64,000 nucleotides of DNA from Alistipes onderdonkii (GCA_963656065.1 CAVKGV010000009.1:27498-91497); one strand, 5' to 3'; positions 1-10,900 are shown, counted from the stretch's first letter. Notes: a model not told the origin generated them from the sequence alone. Numbers and translations are program-made.

Positions 1-330
1 TACACGGTTATCAAGCACATTCTCATCGCGATGGGAAAATGGTTCGCCGGATGGGAAACGCAGTTTACGATCGGCGAACTGAGAAAGCTCCTGAAGTCGG
101 CTGGTTTTGAAATTGAATACGAATACGGCGACTGGATGCGCCCGAACCTTTTCTACCGGATGCTTCGCGAACTGTGTTTTAAGGCCCATGTTGAACTTCC
201 CAAGTATCCGCTTGCGGGATCCGTTTACCAGAAGTCAAAGGACGCGTTTTTGGATGCGTTTGACCGGATTCCCGTTTCGCGTTATACGCAGCTTTCTATC
301 GGAATTCTAGCAAAGAAACCCGGGAAATGA
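1..330 (+). CDS. C-terminal part of a probable class I SAM-dependent methyltransferase (truncated at window start)
   Basis: Frame is open from base 1; 'FTIGELRKLLKSAGFEI' is a typical methyltransferase C-terminal segment; ATGA overlap with the next gene. Confidence 0.55.
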   Translation, partial: YTVIKHILIAMGKWFAGWETQFTIGELRKLLKSAGFEIEYEYGDWMRPNLFYRMLRELCFKAHVELPKYPLAGSVYQKSKDAFLDAFDRIPVSRYTQLSIGILAKKPGK

Positions 331-1343
331 AGTCGGGATTGAAATCCTTTCTTGTGTTGTGTGCCAAGCTGTGTGTGACGCTTGTTCCGTGCTATTTTGT
401 CTATCGGAAAATTGTGAGCGCACCGGGCTGGGATACCGGAGACATTTGGGAACTTTTTTCAAGCGACTCGATTTTTCCGCTCCTTTTGGCGCTTTTCTGT
501 CTTTTGCTTTCCAACTTTATCGGGTGCCTGCAATGGAAACTTCTGCTTGAAAGGCAAGATGTCCGAATGGGTTATCTCCACTTGGTGAAACTTTATTTTG
601 TCGGGCTTTTCTTTAACAACTTCATGCCGGGAAATGTCGGCGGCGATGTGAAGAAAGTCTATGACATTCGGATGCAGGGAGACCAGAAGACTATCGGTGG
701 CGGTTTGACTGCGACTTTTTTTGACAGGCTTTTCGGATTGTTTTTTTTGAATGTCCTCGCCCTTCTTGTCGGGCTTCTGTTTTTTATCCATGACCCGGCT
801 GAACGTCTTTTTCTCTTGCCTTCGTTTTGGGTGTTTCTGGGGTTTTGCGCTCTTCTTGCGGGGCTTTTCAGCAAAAGGTTGGGACGGGTTTTTGCCTTTT
901 TTACGAAAAAAACGCTGCCCGTTTCGGCACAGGTCCGCGTCTTGCATTTTCAGCAGAGATTCCAGAATTATCGGGTCCCGAGGCTTTGGCTCGATATCAC
1001 GGTTCTGTCGGCAGTGACGCAGAGCTTGCGCGTTGTCGTGCACTATTTTTGCGGACTTGCCATCGGACTCGACATCGACATTTCATGGTATTTTTTCTTC
1101 ATCCCGATGGTGGCCGTGGTCAGTGCGCTTCCGATTTCTATCGGAGGGTTTGGACCGCGGGAACTTTTGGCCCAGTCGCTCTTTGAACGGATTGGTGTTT
1201 CAGGGCTTGCGTCCGTGATGGTCCAACTTTTGGCGTATCTGGTGAGTCTGTTGGTGAGTCTTGTCGGGGCGGTTTTCTTCTTGACCGAAAAGCGGGGTGG
1301 GAGAAAGAAAATTGGGACCGGGAAATCGGGCCAAGCCCGATGA
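327..1343 (+). CDS. Lysylphosphatidylglycerol-synthase TM / flippase-like membrane protein (UPF0104)
   Basis: Many TM segments; motifs FFNNFMPGNVGGD, DRLFG, LPISIGGFGPRE. Confidence 0.85.
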   Translation: MKSGLKSFLVLCAKLCVTLVPCYFVYRKIVSAPGWDTGDIWELFSSDSIFPLLLALFCLLLSNFIGCLQWKLLLERQDVRMGYLHLVKLYFVGLFFNNFMPGNVGGDVKKVYDIRMQGDQKTIGGGLTATFFDRLFGLFFLNVLALLVGLLFFIHDPAERLFLLPSFWVFLGFCALLAGLFSKRLGRVFAFFTKKTLPVSAQVRVLHFQQRFQNYRVPRLWLDITVLSAVTQSLRVVVHYFCGLAIGLDIDISWYFFFIPMVAVVSALPISIGGFGPRELLAQSLFERIGVSGLASVMVQLLAYLVSLLVSLVGAVFFLTEKRGGRKKIGTGKSGQAR

Positions 1344-1475
1344 CATGAAGGTTTCGCTCGGACGCCCCTAATCCCTAACTGTGAAACACGGGGAAAATCA
1401 GCCGTTTTTCTCTTTTTTCGCCCGGGAAGCGTCTTTGGAATTGAAAACCTTTCAAAATCCAAAAAGGACGTTTCG

Positions 1476-3650
1476 ATGAAAGAAAAAGCCGAAATGGAAG
1501 CGGAAATTCTCCGCAGACTGAACAGCGACCAAAAATCCGCGGTGCTTTTCGACCACGGGAAAAAGGGGCCTCTGCTGATTCTTGCGGCGGCGGGTTCGGG
1601 AAAGACTTCCGTTCTTACGCGCCGCATCCAGTGGCGCGTCCTGCAAGGCGTAAATCCGGAGTCGATACTCGCTTTGACGTTTACCGCCAAGGCGGCGCAG
1701 GAAATGCGAGAACGCGTCCAGAAGCTTTTTCCCGATGCGGACATTCGCCTGAGCACCTTTCATTCGCTGGCCTTTTCGATTTTGCGGGAAAAATTCGGAG
1801 GAAAGTTCGGTTGGGAACTTGCGGGGTTTGATAAAGTTCCTAAACCCGGAGAAGGAGAAGCGGAACGCTTTGCCTGTGCGTTGACCGAATATCGGCTGCG
1901 TCCAGACGCGATAGCGAGGGATGAACTTTTCAATCCGGGAATTCCGCACAAGTTAAGTTTAAAACTGGAACCCATCCGAATGGATGTTCTGAGAACGGGA
2001 AAAATCGTTTTCGAGGATCTCATCTATCTTTCTACCGCGCTGATTGAGAAAAATTTGGCGGTGCGGACCGCGGTGAGGAATCGCTTCCGGGAAATTCTGG
2101 TGGATGAATACCAGGATATCAATCCGTCGCAGTATCTGCTTGTCCGGGCGATTCTCGGGGAAAACCGCAACCTGTTTGCCGTCGGGGACGATGACCAGGC
2201 GATATACGGTTTTCGCGGGGCGGACATCGGAAACATTTTCCGTTTTTGCAAGGATTTTCCGACGGCGACGCTTCTCAGGCTCGAATGGAATTATCGTTCC
2301 GTTCCGAAAGTGCTGTATCTCGCAAACAACATTTTCCGGGACAAGCCTCTCTTGCTCGGAAAGACGCTCCGGGCGGGAAACAGCAGCCGGCATCCCCTTT
2401 TTCTCGAAAATCGCGACCCGGAACTTTGGGTAAGCGGGGATCCCCGGACGGAAACGCTCCGAATCGTTTCAAAAATCAAGGAGCTCCGGATGGCGTATGA
2501 CCTGGAATTCAAAAATTTTGCCATCCTTGTCCGCTACAATCGGCAAAGGCTCTATTACGAAGAAGCACTGGAAAGTTTTCTTATCCCCGTCTATCGCGAA
2601 GGCGCTGCGGAGACGCCCGAAGTTTCGGGAGTCCACGTGGAGACGGTGCACGGCTCAAAAGGCTTGCAATATACGGTTGTTTTTTACGCGGGACTTGCGG
2701 AAAATCTCACGCCGGGAGAGTCGGGCGGAACGCGGAGGGAACGGAGGCTCCAGTTAGAAGAGGAAAAGCGTCTCTTCTATGTCGGCGTGACGCGGGCGGA
2801 GGCCGTTCTCATTTTGTTATATTGTAAACGACGTTTTTGGAAAGGGCGTCTTTCCGAATTTAAACCGTCTAGATTTTTGAGCTATCTGAATCGACCGATC
2901 CCGGAGAAATCCCCTATGCCGCTCTTCTTCTTTCGCATTCGCGCAGTCGTCTTGATTTTAGGGTATATGATGCTCGCCGTGCCGCCGTTTCTTTTCCGGA
3001 GCGTTTTTTGCCGCAAGTCCCTGTCGGCATGGATTGAACGCCGCATCCAGGAATTTTCCCGGTTCTGCTTCAAGGCACTCCGCGTCCAGATCGATATCGA
3101 AAACCAGTCGGCGCTGTCCCGTGTTGATTGGAATCGTCCGGTCATCGTGGTGGGCAATCACCAGTCCTATTTCGACATCCCGATTGTCTTTATCACGCTC
3201 GGACGTTCCATCGGGTTCTTTGCGAAGAAAGATCTGACTTACATTCCCTTCCTCAACTTTTGGATGAAGGAAATCCACTGCATCTTTGTGGACCGCAAAA
3301 ATTCCCGGGCGGGAGTCGAAATCAAGAATCGGCTGGAATCTTCAAGCGAGACGGCACATGTCTTTATCTTTCCGGAGGGGACGCGCAGCAAGAATGGAAC
3401 GCTCGGGGCTTTCAAAAGCGGGGCCTTTCGGCTGGCGGCGGACCTGAATGCGATAATTTTGCCCGTCTATATCCAGGGGTCGCGCGAAACCTGGGAATCC
3501 CGGAAAAATTCGGACCGGGTCGTCGTGCGTTCCGCAGTTCTAGAACCGATCGATGTCGGGGAACTTTCGAAGGAAAAAGCTATCAACCCGAAGACGGAAC
3601 TGGCTCCGCTTGTCTATAAAATGTTCCAGGAAAAAGTCCTGTCAAAATGA
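1476..3650 (+). CDS. UvrD/Rep-family helicase fused to a 1-acyl-sn-glycerol-3-phosphate acyltransferase (PlsC-like) domain
   Basis: SF1A motifs AAAGSGKT, ILVDEYQD, VGDDDQAIYGFRGA, NYRS, TVHGSKG, EEKRLFYVGVTRA; then a hydrophobic segment and LPLAT motifs NHQSYFD and FPEGTRS; AAGGA RBS. Confidence 0.85.
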   Translation: MKEKAEMEAEILRRLNSDQKSAVLFDHGKKGPLLILAAAGSGKTSVLTRRIQWRVLQGVNPESILALTFTAKAAQEMRERVQKLFPDADIRLSTFHSLAFSILREKFGGKFGWELAGFDKVPKPGEGEAERFACALTEYRLRPDAIARDELFNPGIPHKLSLKLEPIRMDVLRTGKIVFEDLIYLSTALIEKNLAVRTAVRNRFREILVDEYQDINPSQYLLVRAILGENRNLFAVGDDDQAIYGFRGADIGNIFRFCKDFPTATLLRLEWNYRSVPKVLYLANNIFRDKPLLLGKTLRAGNSSRHPLFLENRDPELWVSGDPRTETLRIVSKIKELRMAYDLEFKNFAILVRYNRQRLYYEEALESFLIPVYREGAAETPEVSGVHVETVHGSKGLQYTVVFYAGLAENLTPGESGGTRRERRLQLEEEKRLFYVGVTRAEAVLILLYCKRRFWKGRLSEFKPSRFLSYLNRPIPEKSPMPLFFFRIRAVVLILGYMMLAVPPFLFRSVFCRKSLSAWIERRIQEFSRFCFKALRVQIDIENQSALSRVDWNRPVIVVGNHQSYFDIPIVFITLGRSIGFFAKKDLTYIPFLNFWMKEIHCIFVDRKNSRAGVEIKNRLESSSETAHVFIFPEGTRSKNGTLGAFKSGAFRLAADLNAIILPVYIQGSRETWESRKNSDRVVVRSAVLEPIDVGELSKEKAINPKTELAPLVYKMFQEKVLSK

Positions 3651-3920
3651 GCGCATTAGAAAAAATTTTTGGCAAGGGATTCTTCCAAAAATATCTGTGG
3701 ATAAATTGTTATTTTAAATAGGTGTATTTAAGGGGAGTGCTGAGTATTTAAACGATAATACTTTACCATAAAATTCCATATGCCGAAATTTGCAAAATTT
3801 CGCCGATTTTAAGAAAAATGAAAAAAAAACGTCCGCTATTCCGTTTTTTATTAAATTCGCGTTTACCGCAAGTGGGTATGTGAAACCTTTACCGTGGCCT
3901 TGAACGAAATGTGGATAGAT
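3651..3920. promoter_or_regulatory. AT-rich dnaA upstream region with DnaA boxes (autoregulatory site or possible oriC)
   Basis: Perfect TGTGGATAA at 3696-3704; 1-mismatch TGTGGATAG at 3910-3918; very AT-rich. Confidence 0.5.
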
Positions 3921-5378
3921 GATAATGTGATTCGGCTGTCGAACGCCTCCTCGGACGTGTGGAGTGCCGTTCTTGACGGTCTGCGACATCGCAGCGACGT
4001 GCCTTCGAACGCTGTCGATATGTATTTTGACGGAAATCTGGAATTTTTCGGGGTGGAAAACGGTTGTGCAAAGCTGGTCGCAAAGAACGAGTTGATTCCC
4101 GCCTGGATCAGTCGCTTCCGGGAACCTCTCCTGTCCGCGCTCCAAGATGTCCTGCCCGAAATTTCGACTTTTAAAATCGACGTCTCGCCGAAAAGCAAGG
4201 CGGTGCAGGTCCCCATTATTTCGTCGGATGCGCTTGTTCCGGAATATCCCACGGCGAAGAAGCCTCGGGCCAGTCGGGCGGAGAAAATCAGGAATTCGGA
4301 AAACGCGAAAACGTTGGCCTCCCTTTATCCGACATATTCGTTCGAAACCTTTGTGGAAGGCGATTCCAACCGGATGGCTCTGGCCCTCTGCCGCTCCATT
4401 GCCGAAAATCCGGGCAAATGTTCGATGAATCCTTTTTTTCTGTTCGGCGGTTCCGGAGTCGGAAAGACGCATCTTCTGCAGTCGATTGGACGCTATGCGA
4501 TAAATTACCATACCGCATCGACGGTCGTATTTCGGACCGCGGAGCGTTTTCTCAAAGACTTTATGCAGACGCAGACAGCGGTCTCCCGCGAGGAAAGGTC
4601 GGAAGCCCTTGCAAATTTGCGGCATACATACGAAGAATCCGAACTGCTTCTTATCGACGATATCCAGTTTCTAGCCGGAAAGGGGCACGGTGCGACGGAA
4701 AAGGCCCTGTTCGATGTACTCCAGAAGCGTCTTGTGGCGAAAAAGCCGACCGTTTTCTGTGCGGATAGGCGTCCTTCCGAAATTCCCAACCTGTTTGAAG
4801 GATTTTTGCGCTTTGACAGCAACAGCGTCGCGGTGAATGAACCCGATTGCTTGACGAAAATGGACATTTTGCGGAAAAAAGCCGAAAATCTCCAGGTTCC
4901 CGCCGAAGAACGTGAAAAAATTTTTGGTTGGATCGCTGCGCACGAACGGGGAAATGTCCGCGAAATCGAGGGAACCGTCACGAAGCTTTTTGCCTATCGC
5001 GATCTGCTCGGGGTGAATTTGACGTTTGACACGTTCCGGGAACTTTGCTGTCCCTGCCAAGTGGCATCGGTTGGCGAAAAAGCGGACCGTCCCGTCTTGA
5101 CGGTTGCCTCTATCAAGGAAGCCGTGGCGTTTGCCTACAAGATATCGTCGGAATCGCTTCGGGCGAATTCCCGGGTCAAGTCCATTTCCCTTCCGCGGAA
5201 AATCGCGATGTACTTTTGTCGGGAACTGACGAAGGAATCGCTTTCGAATATCGGATTCCATTTCGGCAGGGACTATTCCACTGTGATTGCGAACATCAAG
5301 TCGGTGGAGCGCGAAATGCGCCAAAACCCGGAATTTGCCGAAAAAATGGAAAAATTGCGCAATTCTTTGACCGCCTAG
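3894..5378 (+). CDS. dnaA: Chromosomal replication initiator DnaA (divergent; exact start uncertain)
   Basis: YSFETFVEGDSNRMA, NPFFLFGGSGVGKTHL, LLLIDDIQFL, NVREIEG, domain IV PRKIAMY...GRDYSTV. Confidence 0.9.
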   Translation: MALNEMWIDDNVIRLSNASSDVWSAVLDGLRHRSDVPSNAVDMYFDGNLEFFGVENGCAKLVAKNELIPAWISRFREPLLSALQDVLPEISTFKIDVSPKSKAVQVPIISSDALVPEYPTAKKPRASRAEKIRNSENAKTLASLYPTYSFETFVEGDSNRMALALCRSIAENPGKCSMNPFFLFGGSGVGKTHLLQSIGRYAINYHTASTVVFRTAERFLKDFMQTQTAVSREERSEALANLRHTYEESELLLIDDIQFLAGKGHGATEKALFDVLQKRLVAKKPTVFCADRRPSEIPNLFEGFLRFDSNSVAVNEPDCLTKMDILRKKAENLQVPAEEREKIFGWIAAHERGNVREIEGTVTKLFAYRDLLGVNLTFDTFRELCCPCQVASVGEKADRPVLTVASIKEAVAFAYKISSESLRANSRVKSISLPRKIAMYFCRELTKESLSNIGFHFGRDYSTVIANIKSVEREMRQNPEFAEKMEKLRNSLTA

Positions 5379-5456
5379 CGGGCTTGGGGCGCTTTTCGCC
5401 TTCCTTTTGTATTCTTTTGTTTACGCAAAAACGATAAATAGTATAGATTTATCCTT

Positions 5457-5984
5457 GTGAAGAACAATGCTCTTTCAAGATGCGGTTTTACACTGGTCGA
5501 GGTCCTGACGGTCGTCGCGATGATAGGCATTTTGTCGGCGGTGGGCTACGGCGGAATGTCGAGGGCGATTGCGAACAGCCGAGCGAAAGACGCCGCTTAC
5601 AACATGTCCGCCTATCTCGAATCAACGGCAAACAGGGCGCGCCAGCTGAACGATACGCTCTGCGTCAAGGGTAAAAATTCGCGGTGGCTTTTCACATACC
5701 GCTCAAAGTGCTCCGATGCGGAAAACTCCGTGGCCATCGACAGCATGGAACTGGTTCTGCGGATGTCGCTTGTCGATGCGTCGGTCAGCGGATTTGAAGG
5801 GGAAAACTGGCTCTCTTCCGGGGCGGAATTCGCTCCGAAATTCGGGCTTTCTGCGGCTCCCAGCCAAGGATACTTTGTCGCGAAATACGGAAACGACGAG
5901 CTCTTTGGGGCGGCAGTCAAGTCCAAGGGAAAAAATTCTATCGTTCCGAAGAAAGGCGACGGCTCTTCGTGGGAAGATCTGTGA
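5457..5984 (+). CDS. Type IV minor pilin / pseudopilin, FimU/GspH-like
   Basis: Prepilin cleavage/methylation motif G|FTLVEVL followed by a hydrophobic helix. Confidence 0.85.
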   Translation: MKNNALSRCGFTLVEVLTVVAMIGILSAVGYGGMSRAIANSRAKDAAYNMSAYLESTANRARQLNDTLCVKGKNSRWLFTYRSKCSDAENSVAIDSMELVLRMSLVDASVSGFEGENWLSSGAEFAPKFGLSAAPSQGYFVAKYGNDELFGAAVKSKGKNSIVPKKGDGSSWEDL

Positions 5985-5991
5985 GGTTCGT

Positions 5992-6456
5992 ATGGAGAGG
6001 TTCAAAGTCTTAGCGAAAAAAGGCGGTTTCGGCATCATGGAAGTGCTGGTCGCTATCGCTGTGCTCGGATTTCTTTATGTCGCCGTGAACAATCTGCAGT
6101 CGGGAAACCGCGAAGCGCTCCTTCGCATTCGTGGACGTGACGGTGCGGTCGAAGTGGCGGAACAGGTCATCGATTCGCTTTCCCGTATCGGAATCGCCTC
6201 GCTTTCTCAGCGTGACACGATTTCCATTCCGAAAATTTCCCGCACATGGAAAGGGCAGCCCGGAGTCATCCAGCATGATATGACGGTGAACTATTCCGCA
6301 ACGGTCGTCCTTTCTCCCGATTCGACATTCAAGGCGAAATCGGCGTCTGCCTACGATACGGTTTCGCACGTGTTCGCAAAGCGTCTCGACGTTACCGTTT
6401 CCTGGCCGTTCAAAAGTTCTACCCAGTCCATCAGCGTTTCGAGGATAATCCGATGA
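5992..6456 (+). CDS. Type IV minor pilin, PilV/GspI-like (start moved to ATG 5992)
   Basis: KKGG|FGIMEVLVAIAVLG; GAGG RBS before ATG 5992. Confidence 0.8.
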   Translation: MERFKVLAKKGGFGIMEVLVAIAVLGFLYVAVNNLQSGNREALLRIRGRDGAVEVAEQVIDSLSRIGIASLSQRDTISIPKISRTWKGQPGVIQHDMTVNYSATVVLSPDSTFKAKSASAYDTVSHVFAKRLDVTVSWPFKSSTQSISVSRIIR

Positions 6457-7889
6457 AGAAGAGTGGTTTTACCTTGATGGAACTCGTCGTCTATATGGCG
6501 ATTGTGGGCATTGTCGTGCTGGTCGCCGGCGAAGCGTTTTCGAACAGTACGAAATTTCGCGTCCGAACCCAAAACATGTTGAAATCGACTGCGGAAGCGG
6601 AAAACGTGGCGGCGCTTTTCAAGGAAGATGTGTCCCAGATGGGGGCGAAAAGTTCAAAAGAGGCGGGAAACGCCGATGGCGGAGAATCCTACGGGGACAA
6701 GTTCAGCGACGTGAACGTCCTGGTTTATATGGATCCGAATAATTCGGATGCGGCGAAAAGAGACTCCTCCTCGTTTTTCATTGCGAAAAAGGACGATAAA
6801 AATGACAGTTTGCTTTTCCGGCGGATGCGTTACGATGCGAGCGGGCATTACGAGGCGGTCGAGGAAATCGGCTGGTATGTGAAGGACAATAAGCTGATGC
6901 GCTCCTGCAGGTTGCTCGCGAAAAAAGCGGGATTTTCCCGTTCGGACGACGAACCGTGCGCGGATGTGGGCGCGGAACCGTCTGTTGTGGTGATGGCGGA
7001 AGCGGATTCGATCGGGTTTATCGCGCTGCCTGCGATGCCGAGCGATTCCATCGAAAATTTAGACGAGCTCGATGATGAACAAATTTTTCCTCCCAACGGC
7101 GACGACGAATTCCGGCTTGTTGCGCGCTTTGTCGGGGAGACGGAATACGAGTCCGTGCAAATCGTGAATTCCGCGGGAGAACGGAACGAGGGCGGTTCTT
7201 CCCAGACGCTTTCCGGCTTCTATTCCAATTACGACGAGAAGACGACGGTCAAAAGCGACATTCGCCTGAACCAGGTTTTTGTCATCAGGAACGAAAGCTC
7301 TGCCAAGGCGACGGATTCATGGCGGAACAATTGCGAAAACTACGGATTGAAGAAAGGAGACGGAAAGGATATCGTGTATGTCCCGGACCAGGAATATGAA
7401 GTCTCCTTTACTATTCCGGCGCCGACAAGCGAAAAAAATCAAATCCTGACTTTTGTGCCGGGGAAGGATCACTTTTCTGCCGGATTCCGCAGTACTTCGG
7501 ACGGGGAAATCCCGAAGAAAAATGGAGTGCCTCTTGTCGATGATTTCCTTTTCTATCCGCCCCTTTCGACAGGAGCTAGCGTCCCCGACGGAAAACATGC
7601 CATCCGTTTTACAGTTCCCGATACGCTCAAAAAGGCGTGCTTCGCCTTTACGTTCGTATTTTACTCTCCGCTCGTTGCGCTCGGAAACCTGACGATCGAA
7701 GATTTCAAGATTCGAAAGATTGCGAACAGGAACAAGTTCAAGGACGGATTTGACGGTAAGGTGGAAAACAAAAAATTTCTCAAACAGCGAATCAAGGCGG
7801 TTCGGCTTTCCCTGGTTCTCAAGCGGAAAGGCGAAACGGGAAACTCGACGTTGGTCGTCCCCGTTCCGAGCAATGGACCGTCCGACTAA
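6453..7889 (+). CDS. Large type IV minor pilin, PilW/GspJ-like
   Basis: MKKSG|FTLMELVV; ATGA overlap with the upstream pilin. Confidence 0.8.
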   Translation: MKKSGFTLMELVVYMAIVGIVVLVAGEAFSNSTKFRVRTQNMLKSTAEAENVAALFKEDVSQMGAKSSKEAGNADGGESYGDKFSDVNVLVYMDPNNSDAAKRDSSSFFIAKKDDKNDSLLFRRMRYDASGHYEAVEEIGWYVKDNKLMRSCRLLAKKAGFSRSDDEPCADVGAEPSVVVMAEADSIGFIALPAMPSDSIENLDELDDEQIFPPNGDDEFRLVARFVGETEYESVQIVNSAGERNEGGSSQTLSGFYSNYDEKTTVKSDIRLNQVFVIRNESSAKATDSWRNNCENYGLKKGDGKDIVYVPDQEYEVSFTIPAPTSEKNQILTFVPGKDHFSAGFRSTSDGEIPKKNGVPLVDDFLFYPPLSTGASVPDGKHAIRFTVPDTLKKACFAFTFVFYSPLVALGNLTIEDFKIRKIANRNKFKDGFDGKVENKKFLKQRIKAVRLSLVLKRKGETGNSTLVVPVPSNGPSD

Positions 7890-7900
7890 AGGAGCGTACG

Positions 7901-10900
7901 ATGAAAAACGATTTTTTGAATGCGCAAAAGGCGAAGTCCGGCGTCTCCCTGATAGTCGTCCTGCTGTTTATGATGATTGCGACCATTGCCGCGACGGCGA
8001 CGTATAAGTGGATTACGTCCGAAAGCCGTTCGTCGGGTTCAAGGATGCTGCAGCGGGAAGCTTACCAGAGCGCAGTGGCGGGCATTGAAAACGCTCGGTC
8101 GTGGATTGCCTGGAACGCAAACGATGCCGGTGCGCTTATCAAGCAGTATCTCGATGGGGGAAAGGTTCCTGTCAATATTGACAAGCAGCTCCGTCCGTTG
8201 CAGCGGGCCGGGCAAAAGTACAACGTGTGGCTTACGGGCGTAAATACCGAAAGCTCGACATACAAACTAAAGATTCTTTCGGAAGGTGAAGCGCGAAATG
8301 GCGTAGCGAAACACAGCGAAATTGCCATTCTAAATGTCGATGGGCTTTACCAGGTGAAGATTCCGACTGAGAAGAGCTCTTCCGTTGTCGATTTCGACTA
8401 TGCGTATTTTGGCGGAAGCACCAACAATAGCGGCAATATGAATCCTTCTTCGATGCTTATTAATGGGAACTGGTCGGGAAACCCGAATACGGTTTCCAAA
8501 AATTTTGTGGTGACGGGAAATGCAAGTTTGAGTGGCGATAACCTTTCTGTTGCCGGGACGACTTGTATCGGTGGAAATTTGAGCACGCAGAACGGATTTA
8601 CCGGCAGGGATTTGTATGTAGCGGGAAATGCATCGAACTTTAACGGAACGCTTTACGGCGATGCCTACATCGAAGGCGATTTCCAGGTGGGAAGTGCTTG
8701 CGGCAGTAAAAATTTTGCCATTCTCGGGAACGTGACGCTCAACGGAAAATTGGATCCCGGTGATTGTTCTGGGAAGCGCATCGAAGGCAACCTTTGCACT
8801 AGCGAGTCCGGACAACTTGTTTCTTCGGGAGGAAACAACCCGTTCACTGTTTACAAAAACGTCTGGATGCCGGGAAATCAAAACGTCTGGTATAGTGGTT
8901 GGGGATACGACAACTATGATTCCTACAATAAAATCGTTTTAGGGAATAGTTCTGAATCGCAGGTTTATATCAAAACGGCGCATCCGTGGAAAGATTACGA
9001 TGATCACCGAAATCAAAAAACATTTACGGAAACGAGTGGGGAAAAGAGAACTTGTTCGCAGTACACTTCCGGACAGCCCCAATGTCTGGAATACGCGTAT
9101 TGGGGCTGGTGGCGGGATTGTGCAAAATGGGGAACTTCAACGGCGTGCGGTAATTGGACCGAATGGAACGGGACTTCCTATTCCCCTTACCAGAAAAGAG
9201 ACAAAAAAGACAACCTGTATTACCTCTTTTACGTGGAAGACGGTGTTGAAGATGTTGAATTCAAGACGTACAACAACACGTATTGGAATGCCTCTATCGG
9301 AGCCTATTATGTCGGAGGAAAACCGTTCTACGATATGTGGGACGTCTGGAACCAATATCGGTATGGAAATGTCAACAAATCGACTCCGGATGGACTTTCT
9401 CCCTATTGTAAGACGCAGAACGACTATAGCAATTCCAAAGATTTGAAGGATATCAGCGCCTTCCGTCCCGTTTGCAACGTGAATCCCTGGTTCAAGTCCG
9501 AAGGAACGGTTTCGCGGAATCTCCCTGCGGATGTTCCCTTTAGTTGCGCAGACGACGTAAAGGCTAGCTGCGATTCGATTTGGGAAAAGAAGCCCGGCTG
9601 CGATGGATCAAACTATAAAGTGGACGACATGCTGGTGACGGCGTATTCCAAATTTGAAAGCTATGCAAACAAGGATTGTGCAAAAAATATTACGGTGTGG
9701 TCGAATGACATGAGCGCAAAAATGAACAAGTGCTATGAAGAAATTACCAAGGATTCAGATTCCAAGCGCGCTGATGAGAACCTCTATAACGGATATTTGG
9801 TCGTGAAGGTGTCTTCGAATGGGTTGCAGAATCCATCGGAAGTGCTAAAAGGAAAATTCATTATTATCGTGACAAATTCGCTTGGACAGCAAAATTTGCC
9901 TTCGACGACATCGGACTCCTATGTGTTTCTTTATCTGAGTGAAGGCGGGTCGCAAATCCAACCGCAAGGCAACGGTCCATTTAACTATTTCATCTATACG
10001 GAAAAGGATGTGGGAAACCTTCTGTTCAATAATGTCAAGTTGAGTGGTTCGGTTTATGCGGCGGCGAGTACCTGTGCAAAAATCACGAACATGACCATCA
10101 AGGAAATCGACTATAACAAGGGTCTTCTTGATGACCTCGCGAACAGTGGCATCGTCTGCAACAACGACGGTTCTTCTTGCGGTGGTTCCAATTCCGGCGG
10201 TTCCTCGACAGGCTCTTCATCGAGCAGCGTCAATTACGGGGGGACGGATCCGCATTACATCTCGATGGCTCCGCAGCTCGGCGTTTCGCTCGAAACGCAA
10301 TACGAGAACAAGGAAAAGGTGACGACTTCGGGCGATACGACGCGTCTTGCCGGTTCCTACATCGTGCTTCCGCGCGTAATCTATCTGCCGTCGAATCCCG
10401 CCGGGAAACTGGAAGACTATTATAACGTGCTCGGCCTGAACGGAGCGAGCGTCAAAAAGTCGGATGTCCGCGTGAATTCGTGTGCAAGTTCTGATGCGTC
10501 GCTGAATGTGAGCGGGACGCTTTACAGCGCAACGACCGGTTCCCTCACACAGGGCGTCTATACGTGCAAAACGAGCGCTTCGAGCTACGAGGACGTTCCC
10601 TTCTGGGTCGTCATCGGCAGCGAATCGGGAAACGCTCCCACCGTCTATTTCGAAAAGTCTTCCCAGGAAATCGCTTCGACGCAGTCCCAGCCGGATTCCA
10701 TCCGGGTGGTCGTTCCCAAGCACACGAGCGACATTACGCTCAACTATTCGTGGTCGGGGGCGGAATCCGCAGGCTGGAACATCAATAGCGTCGGCGGCTG
10801 TTCCGTCAGTTCCGGAAAGTGCAGCATGACGCTATCCGCGGCGGAAGAATCCATTGTGACGCTTTTCACGGTGACGACTTCCGGGGCTTCGAGCGGAACT

